In this document: positions 10,601-22,600 of the stretch, piece by piece
How the letters are laid out: the number at the start of each line of letters is the position of its first letter
How positions within the stretch are numbered: position 1 is the stretch's first letter
NCBI GenBank assembly: GCA_002633005.1
Contig: NMRA01000012.1
Coordinates: forward strand, 524,487 to 588,486
Length of the DNA stretch: 64,000 bases
Reading direction: 5' to 3'
Source: Phoronis australis
Lineage: Eukaryota > Animalia > Phoronida
The notes under the pieces: generated by a model
What the model was told of the DNA's origin: nothing
What the model saw: only the letters and a program-made list of their open reading frames with translations
Database searches by the model: none
Translations under genes and position numbers: made by a program

Positions 10601-13600
10601 GTCTAGCAAAATAGCTAATCTTCATTCTACTACGAAATATATACGGTGTAGCAAGAGAAAAAGATTCAACAGAACCATCTTCGAACTGCGCAAAGGCCTG
10701 GGAATTTGTTTGCTTCTTATCTGAGGTCGAATGAATCTCCCGCCAGGTACAGAGCTGCTTTGTATTTACCCTCAGTCCTTCCATTCACTGAGTCGCCATA
10801 ATATTGAGTCAACAAGGTGTACAAATGGTAGAATTATGATTGTTTTTTTCAGAAAATATTACTTTTACGAGTTGACAAAGCCTAGTTTTGTTTTGATCTG
10901 GAGGCCTCTAAATAAGTTTTGAGATAACCTTAAGAAAACTATAGCATTGTTTTTGTGATTTTATCCAGAAATTGACATCAAGTGAAATTTGGCCACATTA
11001 TTAATACTGTTATTTTGCTATGAATGTTCTTTTGTTTTTTTAATATATTTTACTAAAGAGACACGGTCACGTAAAGTAAGTAACGGCAGATTGGTATAAA
11101 TCCATAAATTAAATTCTACAGGCCTTCTATTTTCAGAAAATATTTATGTTTGCAGTGTTGTAGTTTTGTAGATATTTGGCTAAATATTCGGAGACAGTCT
11201 TACATAACCTTTAGTCTTACATAACCTTTAGTCTTACATAACCTTTAGTCTTACATAACCTTTAGGTTTCAGGGTTACTTAGCTAAGACAAATCTTAAAT
11301 TTTCAGTCAGTTTTAAGATAAAAGTTGAATTTGTCTTGAGTCAGTTTCAAGAAAGAGTTCTTCAGTTTGAATAATAGGTTTATAGGTTTTTGACTTAGGT
11401 TTTTGTCATAATTTTGACTAACTCACGAACGTGCAAGTTTGGAAGTTGAGACAAATCTTAGACTTGAGTCAAAGTTGAACTCAAGTCAGTTTGTTTGAAC
11501 GGCCCCAGAATAAAATGGATCCTGTATAGCTTGAAGTTCCAACTTTGGTTTCACCTTCCTTTGAAAAATATTGCATGCTTTTTGAAAGTTTCATTTGAAT
11601 CCTGCATGCCATTTCTGAGTTACGGTGTTTTGTTTTTTATTTTTTTAAGGGTTACTTAAAGCCTTGCTTATTGTACTGCCTGAAACACCGAGCAATGTCT
11701 AGACATTATTAGGGGTTTGAATGCCAGAACTAATACACATCCGAAACTGGAACCATTGTTTGAGAGCAACCAAGGCCAAAAAGCAAAGTTGGTTCTTTTC
11801 TTTGCCCCCAATTCATTTTGAGACCTGCACTCGCTGACTAAAAAAAGCCCCTCCACATCAATATAAGCCAAGTTCTGGTATCTTTAAAAGAACTACACCA
11901 CCACTTGATTTTCAAAAACATCTCCCACACCAAAGCCAGGTTTATTATTTGATCTAATGATAACAATGGTATTTTGTTGCTCATGTTATCGGGAGCTGGT
12001 GAAAGAAAAAAATGTGTGATAGAAAAATGTCATATACTGATGCTAGGGAGCAAATACTGCAAAGACGGAGGTCTGTTAGATGAAGTTTATTAAAGTCCTT
12101 CCATACCGTAATATCAATCTTACTGTTAACGATCATTATAATAATAGTAATAATGAAAATGATACAAGTGTAGCAGCAACAGTATTAGTTATAGAGACAG
12201 CTCTACTAAAGTATATTAATTATGTTGACTACTTACCTTGGACTCTATCTTGTTGTTCCCAACACAAGAAGAAGGCCACGTAGATACAAATATCACTTCT
12301 CATGTCTGGAGAATGTTTTACTGAAGCCGATGATCGGTGTGATCCTGGAGAACACCTTGTACCTTACTGTTTGTTAAAGTTACTAATGGGCAACTGGCGC
12401 TATTGTGCATTTGTATGGACCTCTGTAGTGAAAGAGCCTGAAACCAAATGGTATTTATATTTACTTCCTTGTTCGCTGGGGTTTATAGTCAAAGCCGGGG
12501 AATGCATTGTGGTATCTTTGCTTGAATAATCTTCACATGACGTTTGGTTTCATGTACTTTGAGAGTATTTCTTTTTACCGGGATTGTCTCTGACGGGTAT
12601 ACAAAGTCAAGTATTATTGGAGTTGAGATTCTCTAACTCAACCAGTTCAGAAGGGTCTTAGGACCCACTGTGCATGATGTGTCTAGGAGACGTACGTCTT
12701 GTCACCTCTTAAATGATGAGTTCAAACCTGTGTTCTGTAGACCCAAGACCTCTCAAAGCATCTCCATGCATTACAACTGAAGCATGTGATTATACCATCT
12801 TTCTTACAAATGTCTTTGGTCTACAGAACGTATTCCATCCATCACTAGAAGACTTTTAAACAGTTAAAACAGTTTGCCAAGTATTTTGTTTGAATTTACA
12901 AACCGTAATATATCGAATTCAATGCGAAGTTTCCAAAGTAATAATCAGAATGAAACTGGAAGTGGCTGAAGTGAAAATTATTTCAGACCTTATCGAGAAA
13001 GTTTGCGTATAGCTGAATATGTGATAGAATTCTAGACTTTAACATGGCAGTAAAAGTATATTTCCTGGAAATAGAAAGCCTGTAGAATTTATTTTTTGAT
13101 TTTACACCAATCTGCAATTAATTGAGCCATGTGACCATGTTTTTTAATATAATTTAGCAGAAAAGAAGGGTACTTTGATAGCAAAGCAACTGCCTGAGTG
13201 TTAATATGCAAGATGATATTTCACAAATTGTGTTACAGGCTTTTAAATTGTCATTTTGTTTTATGTAACTTTAGATTTTTCTCATAAAATCATTAAGTCC
13301 TACTTTTTGATAGCCCCTAATGCAAAAGTAGAACGTTTTGAAACAATTCCTAGCAGGGTTTTCTCATACAGTTTATAAGGCAAAGTGACAGTTATGTATG
13401 AATCTGATCAGCCACTTCTCAGATATGTTGTTCCAATGTCAGCCAAATTTGTAGATTTCTCTTGGGCCAGGTTCTACATAACCCAACAAGGAAATGACAC
13501 ATAGCCTTGTGGAAGTAGTGGTGATGGCAGACTGGCTTTAACCTATCCATTGTGAATAACACAATAGGTGTTTACTTTGGTGCCTGCACTCTGGTTTGTG

Positions 13601-16600
13601 AGATTTCAATGAGGAGCATAAGCAGGAAATTTGTGTACCTGAGTTCCTGAGAAGATTTCCCCAGCAGAGTAGTTACAGTCTGTTACCCCACTGAAACCAG
13701 GATGTATTTATACTGCCTATTGAAATCATCTATTGTGAACCTGTGGGTAGTGATCAGGAAATTGTGGCTTTGTAACCTTTGTATATTCACCAGTAATTTA
13801 TGTCCATTTTGCTCACTGTTATGGAACCACTGGCCTTGAGCTAGCAGTTACAGGCCATACACTGTTGCATTAGCTACTTATGGTCTAAGCTAGCAACCAG
13901 TCTGTTACTGTTCTTTGTCTGAAAACTTGTAAGAGGTTATTTGAAATTTCAAGATGAAAGATATTTTTGGAAAATAACAATGCTCAATGATGAAAAAGAA
14001 CATTGTGAATTAAACTGCAGCTTTTATTGACAGTACAGTTGCAGGAAGTCTCCGCTTATTTGGCACAAAATAATTGCCAAATTAATCATTTTCCCATTTT
14101 TTGAAGTGTGGATTACCTTTTGCAAATGCTGTGAATTTTAGCAATTTTATGTTACATCTACACACTACAATCCGTGTTTGTAATGCATTAATATGTTCTT
14201 AATTTCCACTCTTGTGGAGAATTCTAACAAAACAGAATTTCACTGGTCAGGCCTGTGTGCTAAATAAGTGAAGAATAACTTTAGCTTGGGAATTGGTCAA
14301 AGTGCTATTCATACCAGTTGGACTTATATATTGCAAGGTGATGTGCTGCAGTTTGATGTGCAACCATTTATTGGTTGTATAGTCACTCATGATGCATTTC
14401 AAAAATATCTCGGCTGTTTCAACTCCTGATGATATCAGTTTTCAAATCGAAAATCAAAACCAGATATCTGTCAAGTCAATGTTAATTGTTACTACAGTCT
14501 ATTGTGTAGCATCGTGGCTCACAAGTCAATTTAGTATAGTTCAATGAGTTATTAAAACCAACATGTACAGAATTTTTCCCTTACACTGGTCACCACTGAG
14601 ATTCCCTTTGCCCTCAGACAACTTTTATAAGGCCCAGTATGCAGCATGCCCTTTGTATGCAAGCTAATGAAGCGGAAAGGTAATACCTAGCACTGCTTTT
14701 CCAACAGTGGTAGTTGTTATTACACTGAACTTGGTTTTTCTCTAACATTTGCTTAGCCTGAAATGTCAAAAGTTTGGGCTTAGTGAGATTTTAGATATTA
14801 CAAAAAACTGAAAAAGTTAACATACATTCTGTATTTAGGTCATTACTAAAACCAAACAGATTTACTTTTATAAACAAGTACCAGAGAACTGAAACCAAAT
14901 GCACCTTTTTTGGTTATTTTTATTACTTTTCCTCTGGGGAAAATGGTCTTAAATTTTCATTATCCAAATAGATTAAAAATCACCAGTTTTAGTCCACGAT
15001 AAACAAATTTACGTTACTTGTTCGTCTGAGTCATTTGTTTTGATATGAGAATCTTGCTGGTGTACTGGTAAACTTGGTGCACAAAGGCATTGAGACTGTA
15101 GGGATGAATACTAGAATTCCAAGTGTAATTTTTCTTCACAAATCTGAATTTGACGATTGCTATAAGAATTGCGGAACAATATTTATGAAGAGCATTGCTG
15201 TTGTAAATAGATTTTAATAGTTTAAGTCAGCTGCACAATAATGGTTGTGATTGGCACGCAAGGGCTGCGTTACAATTTATAGTGATAGAGAATTTTTTAC
15301 TAATCAGTTTCATTCACATAGATACAGCTTCGGGGGTAAACGTCTGAAGTCACAGATTTTTGTGTAATGTTTTAGTAAATTTGAAATACATCATGTCGCC
15401 ATGATCTACATCTATGTTGGCCTGAAACTTTTGCAAGTACCGTCTACCTTCCATGGATTATGCTACGTGTTGTCTGAATGTTTGATTTTAGGATTGAAGA
15501 TAATGATTGTATTGTTTGAGAAAGAACTCTCACGTGAGTGGCCAAGGGTTGCTAAGACGATCATGGAACTCGGAGAAAAGATGTCTGGTTCGATGCCTTT
15601 CTGGAAGTTCATTGAGTTTGTAGTGAGCAGACGAACTGCCCTGATGGTTATGTTGCATCCATACATTAAGCACAAGGTGAGGGTGGTTCTAGTAATTGTG
15701 GCTTGTTCATGCTGATTCAGGGTAAAACATCATGGAAATTTCTGTCATGAAAACATACACGTTTCCGGACAAGATGTTAAAAGTGTAATAAACATGGCGA
15801 ACGGGCAAGTTGTGGTAGTTCAGATATGTTGCGGTTATGTCATTTTGTACTGTTGAACTGTGCTCTTTATTTTTATCTGGTGAAATCATGTGCAAAGAGA
15901 CTATAATCCTACCTTCAATCACAAAAAACAACTTTTTATTTTTTCCATTAACATACCGTAATCGTTCGGGTTAACGCCCATGTTCAGTTAACTGCCCATC
16001 CCCGACTTTAAGAGGATTTTCAATTTAACCACCCACTGCTCGGTTAAGCGCCCCCCTGCAATTTTTGAAGATTTCCAGTTAAGTGCCCACCTCTCGGTTA
16101 AGCACCCATCCCCGACTTTTAAAGAATGAAGATTTAGCGCCTAGTGCTAAGGAAACGCGTGATGCCCCGACTTTTAGAAAAAGATCGCTGATCACAATGA
16201 GTGCAACGACGCCGGGACTCCGAGACGGTGGTTTAGCAATCTGAATTACAATACAGGTAACGAGTTATTGTCTTGGGTCATGAACTCACTTCAAAATATA
16301 ATACTTGAACCTTTTTGTCACTTTATTTTCTTCCCTTGTTTGCAAAATTTAAGAACGCCACCGGCGTCAAAACCTCCGCTTTCAGTGACTTTGTCTGCCG
16401 CGCTGAGTTTCCGTCTGCAGTGCACTAGATAAAACATATATTCGAAAAAATCAGGCCAGAGAAATGCGACAATGGTTTTGCCAACCCTCCAAATTCTATT
16501 AAGGTGGGAAGCTCTCGTATTTTGAACAAATCTCACAACTCACGGAAAGATGTCAAATTCTCAATATTTTGATGAATATAACTGCCGGGTTATAGAGGAT

Positions 16601-19600
16601 GTGGGGCGACCGAAGGGACAGTACAAGTGCCTTACTGGGTTACCGATTTCGTTGCTGCCTGTCGATTTCTGAATTCAAACGTTGACAATAATGTATGTTT
16701 GTGTATGATCTTGAAGTAATAAAAAACGGCTAGTCAAATTTTGTTTTTCGCTTATTGCATTTCAGTCAAACTGGTTAGCAGATTTAAGTAATGTCGCTGG
16801 CTGTTCTTTACTATTCTTGCGTCAGCCTGCACGTAAGCGTGACTGTGTGAATTATCGTTTCCACATCCCCTTTTTAGCCATCCAGAATAATTTTGTTTAT
16901 ACATTGGCCATTTTCAGCCTGAACAAAAATTCTTACCATTCGAGTCTGAAATATCTACGACGTAGACTGCTTGACGATAGTGGGTAGGAGATTCACACAG
17001 CTAGTTACAGGGATGGGCTTAGGGAGCATCGAGCCGGGAAATATGGCAATAGACTTGACATCGCAGTTTTGGGGAACATTGGCAACGGAGGAATATCGTA
17101 AAGAACTGGGTCTTTCGTAACAACAGCTTAAAAGCACATAGTCACGCCCGTTTTTGTTACTTCGGACTGTCGCTATGTGTGACTGATTTGTAGTGGTGCA
17201 CGTGCGCAAGTTCCCACACTTTGGAGTGCATGTTACCTTGACACCAACATGTGATTGACAGGTGACTCAAACGTAGGCCCTACGTGCGTGCTGAATACCG
17301 CCACTATCTTTGGCCATAAAAAACGAGATGCATATTGAAAGAGGCCGTTATATTACTTGACGGCATTTCCAAGGCACGATTGTCAGCCGACTGAGACATT
17401 GCGCGATAACAGCGGGACCGAACAGTGCCGCAGTGCGATATTACAAGTGATATAAATAGGATAATCTGGACATCTTGCATGAAAAATAAATGTTTTTCCA
17501 CCACGAAGTTTGGTAAGGTGATCGTTTAGAATAATGAATTGAAACATTGCTGTTTTCTCACATTTTGTAACACATTTATGCAGTTGCTTGAAATTTTATT
17601 CTTGATCGACGACTGGCTCGACCAACCCCGATCCTTGTCTTACTTCTTTGCATAGCATGTTTGGCACAACGGCAAGAGAGCAATGCCGGGCTGTCGAGAT
17701 AAGACAGCTAGCCGCAGAACCATACGCTGAAAATGTCATTGAGTCACGGAGTGTCGACTATAACATCCCAAACACAAAAAAAACAGAGTTAAGTTTTTCA
17801 AACTTTTATTACAACCAATTTTAAAACTGCTCTCTGAGTCAGAACTTGACAGCTAAATATAGTTCGAGACTGTAACCATAAATTTGATGTCTGACCTCTG
17901 CAACACGTGAAGCTTGCACGCGCGCACTTAAGCAGGGTAACATCTTGAAACAGTTTTAATTCTAGTGGAGGCTGCGTGGTCACTGGTCATTTGCGCACCG
18001 CAGGACGGCACGGGGCTATTACTCAGCAATTTTGTGACTAATCTGAGGGCAAGAGAACCTTTGTTGGGTTCATCCGCTGTTATGATGTTTTCACAGTCAT
18101 TTGGCGACGTGACGATAAAGCTCTTTGAAAAGGGCTACGCGTTTCGAGTATGATTGTCGTGTCGGGATTTAGATCGCCAGGTAAGATTAACTGCCCAGGG
18201 CGGTTGTCTGTCGTAATAAGCGCCCATGTTCGGTTAACCACCCATCCCCTACTTTAGGTGGATTTTCGACTTAATCGCCCACTGCTCGGTTAACCGCCCT
18301 CCACCGATTTTTTTGGATTCGCCAATTTAACCGCCCAGGGCGTTTACCTGAACGATTACGGTATATGAAATATGGATCAAATTGTTTCTTAGTCAAATTG
18401 ACGACAATTTCAAGGCTTTGGCAGTACTGACAGTGGGTTAATGTTAATGGTTACATTCCACAAGTTGTCACGGTGTGGCATTTTATGCTCCAAGCATGAA
18501 TTCTACTAATGGCTAATTGTCAGTTGTTCGCAAACGTTAAAATCTCTTCTCATCTGAGTATGGAAAAACACTGAGACCAACTTTATAGAGGTAACTGATC
18601 TCTATCAATAGTTTGGTTCTTTGACTGAACTCTGATTTGTAATTGTAATTAGTTGTGGTCTAATAAAAATTTGTTTCAATTTAAAAAAACATTGATTGGT
18701 TTAAAACCAGAGTGACCTTTTATTCAACTTTCAACAAAAACACAAATACCTCTGTTTAGTGTAGGACATCTTGTCATCTATGAATTTGTGCCATAATTTC
18801 AATTTCTTAATAATGTTTTTATTTTTCAGCATTTTCATACAGGTAAGCCTTTCCTCAGTTTTTGATTAACAAATTTTATTTTTGAATCTGTTGCTAGCTG
18901 TTGAAGAAGCCAAGTGAGACAGAATATGAGTTTGTTATGCACCACAGCGTGCAACAGAAGATAGGTGGAATCAGTCTGCCAGTGGCTAAGTCACGGAGTG
19001 CCCTACTGGTGGAGCTAGCGGTCGACCTGAAGAACATCCGTGAGGAAACTTGTGTACATGCAGGTCCTACAATTTTTTATTCTTGAAATCATTTCATCAG
19101 TGGTTGACCATTAATTGTGCCTGAAAGTTTAAGGTTATGTAGGGCCTTATCAAGAGGTGTGTCTATTTAGCTACATTTATACAAAACCTTAAAACTTTAT
19201 CTGACTGTAGAAAGTCTGTAAAATTTGATGTTTATACCAATCTGCCATTGATTGAGTCATGAAACCATGTCTTTTTGGTAAAGATTTGCAAAAAAAACTA
19301 CAGTCATAGCAAAACAAAGGTATCAATAACTCGACTCAATTCCATTCAATATAAACGTTGTAATCTCAGAAATGCTGTTACAATTTTCTTATTTATCATT
19401 TCATTTTATTCTACTTTTGAGTTTTTTCATAAAAGTGATTATTAAGCCAGTCATAAAATTCTAAGTGCCATGATAAGTGACTATTGTAATCCCAACTGGT
19501 AAGAAGCATTCATTGTTGCCTGTTGAGAAATGAGATGAAATGCCTAGGGGGAAATTAACCAATCACATGGCTGGGTTGGATGTAATGATCAATTTTCAAG

Positions 19601-22600
19601 GTGACTCTTTAATAAAGTTTGGTCTTGGACTTTGTAGTATAGTGTTATACCTTAAGTGGGAGATGTTCTGCTTCTGAATCTAAGTGAGCATTTATTATCG
19701 TGTAGTGTCCATATGTTCAGGTGATGGCATAAGGCCTCGTCTGGCTACAAACACCACAGAGAAGTCCGAGACCAGTCAACATCTGTCCAGTTTAGATCTG
19801 GAAATAGAGCAGCTAGCAGAACAACCACAGCCATCGACTGTGAGGAAGTTTAACAGACGTAAGACTTAGTAGTAAAGTGGGTTAGATTTTTGGTTTTAGT
19901 TACTTACAGGGGTCCTGCATTTTGATGCCCGTTATTCAATGGAGAAAAGTGGTTCTCAAATGCGGGATCACTGTTAGTGACTATTACCACTTTTTGGGTC
20001 ACTGGTTTATGGAAGGAAAATGTGAAAGGCTGCATTGGTGTTGCATAAATCTTGGTTACCAAATACCTCTTTACGGAACCAATACCGTCTCTTGTTTACT
20101 TATCATCAGAGTTATTGCAGTGATCGTGGTTCATGTAATCTATTTTATAGACTCGAGCAATGCCTGGACTGAGTTTTGTAGTTGAAAGAACCTCGCAAGT
20201 AACTTAAGCTAGATTGATCACGTGGTTTGCTGGTAGTGCATGGCGATATCTCGCAAAAACTTGTGTGATCTTGCATTTTTCATGAATGTATTGCCTCTAG
20301 GTAACAGATACAGGGTGCCATCAGTTTATTCCTTGTAGTGGTAAAACACCATGTATGTCTCAGTGGACACGGCTAGCTTATAGTGCACCTGAGAGAGTGT
20401 TGTGTCATTGTTCACCTGTAGAACTCATTGATCGAAGAGAGGTTTTGCTTTGTTGCCTTAAACCATGAGTGTATCTCTGTAGTTTAAGTAACAAAGTGAC
20501 TTGTTAACAATTTTTTTTAGTTGGACTTGGAAAGGTTACTTGCTGAAACTGCTGGCAAATCAGAATTGGTCTTCAAAGCAAATCATGTCTTGAATTTGTT
20601 TTATTTGAATTATTAGTATTAAGACAGTTTGGCATTTGCTTACTTAAAACACCCATTTTAAGTCAACAGATGAAGTTTGACATTTTTTCAACTCATAAAA
20701 TGAACTTTATATGAATGAAACGTGTCGAGGCACACAAGGAAGTGCTTACCATTCATTGTATGTCCAGAGTATTGCCTGAGACACACAAGGAAGCTGTAAT
20801 TGTCATTCGTTGTATGTCCACAACAATGCCTGAGACACACGAAAAAGTTCTAATTACCATTCATTGTATGTCCAGAGTACTGCCTGAGTAAGCAAGCTTT
20901 AATTACCATCCATTGTATGTCCAGAGGAATGCCCGAGACACACAGTGAAGTTCTAATTACCATTTTCATTCTTTGTATGTCCATAACAATGCCTAAGACA
21001 CACAAAGAAGTTCTAATTATTAGTCATTGCATGTCCACAGCAATGCCTAATACACTCAAGGAAGCTCTTAATATCATTCATTGTTTGCTCAGAACAATGT
21101 TTAAGTAAGACACACGAGGAAACTAATTATCAGTCATTGTTTTTCAGCCATTTTAGCTGAAGATGTGGGCACAATGTCTGCTGGACCATCAAGGAATTCC
21201 AGCAGGGCAGGAAGTAAGCGGTCGTTCAACTGGGTGCGCTCATCCACCAAGCGAATCATGGCTCGAGAAGGAAGCCAGATTCTGCATCGATTTGAAAATC
21301 AAGTCTCATTGGAAACAACAGATGGGCAACTTGAAACCTGTCAGCCCATAGGTTAGTTGGCGATAGGCTACGCCTGTGGTTTAGGTTTGTTTATAGGACA
21401 AGGCAACCTTGAACTAGAACCGAGGCTCAGGTTTGAAAGTGAGACTCTCTTATGTTCGCAAGTATGATGTGATGAGACAACTTCTCTTTTCTTCTTTTAC
21501 TGTATCTTTCACTGTCTTTTTCTCTAGATTTCTGTTAGAAAAATTGTATTCAGTTACTGTCATGATACTTCTGTTTTCTCTTTTTCTTACGATATCAGTG
21601 TTTCTAATCGTCTCTCTTTAACAAATATTAGAGCAAATTATAAATTCCGCTCATGGTAAATCTGACCGTCCCAACAATCAGATTTTTTATTGTGTATGCT
21701 GTCAATCCACCATTTGTAGAACCCCACCTGTTGTGTCCGGCATTGGCTACTCATGTGGAGCTCTGTGAAGTCACTCCTGTATTCTCTTCTCTCGAACACA
21801 AGCTCAGTTTCAGCGCGGGCGACATTCTGGTTACGTTAGATCCTGTTGAGACAGGAGGTATATGGCATGCTTGCTTGTAAACACAGTGACATCTGCTGGC
21901 AACTAAACTGGCTTCTTTAATCTCTCCCTCGCTTGCTTCAGGCAATTAGAAACTGTCCGTTGACGTCACCATGTTCTTTGTTAATGAATTGGTATAAGAA
22001 CCCTGAGCACTGTCACTCTTCAATACTTCAAACACTGATCTAAGGTCCTTTTCAGTGGAGCAGATCAGTTACTACAATAACTCTTGAAGCCTGGTAGATA
22101 ATAGGTGTGTGAATAATAATAATACTGCACAAAAGACTGCCAGATCACATAAAAAGTACTGAATTGATATCTGGGTTTAAAAACTGCTGTCACTCGGAAT
22201 TGACAGTAAATGAGAGGTATTTGATTCGAGTAGTGGCCTGATGGTACCAAAATAGAAAATTACTTTTCTAATTCAAATTTTATACGGAATTCACTCGCCA
22301 GATAATTTTTGTTTATATGTTGGTAAAATAGTTAAGCATCGGTTGGAAGGACTCATTAGTAGATTTAGTTTGTTTTGCAATTAAAACAATTATATTTGAA
22401 GTTGCTGTTGATATTACAGTGGCTGGATATTGCTTGGACTGTTGAATTTTGAATTCCTTGTTTTTAAATGCTCTAGACCTGATTGCAAGGGTTGGAGGGT
22501 TGGCACTGTAATTAGAACTAGATGGTATTCAAAATATATGGTAAGGATTCTGTCTTGAATGGGTGGCAAAAAGGCAGTGTACAGATATTTGGAGGACCCG

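Noticed and set aside
16318-18153. Short ORFs inside the 2.4-kb TIR element as a possible transposase
   Set aside because: No DDE or HTH motifs recognisable in any listed ORF.
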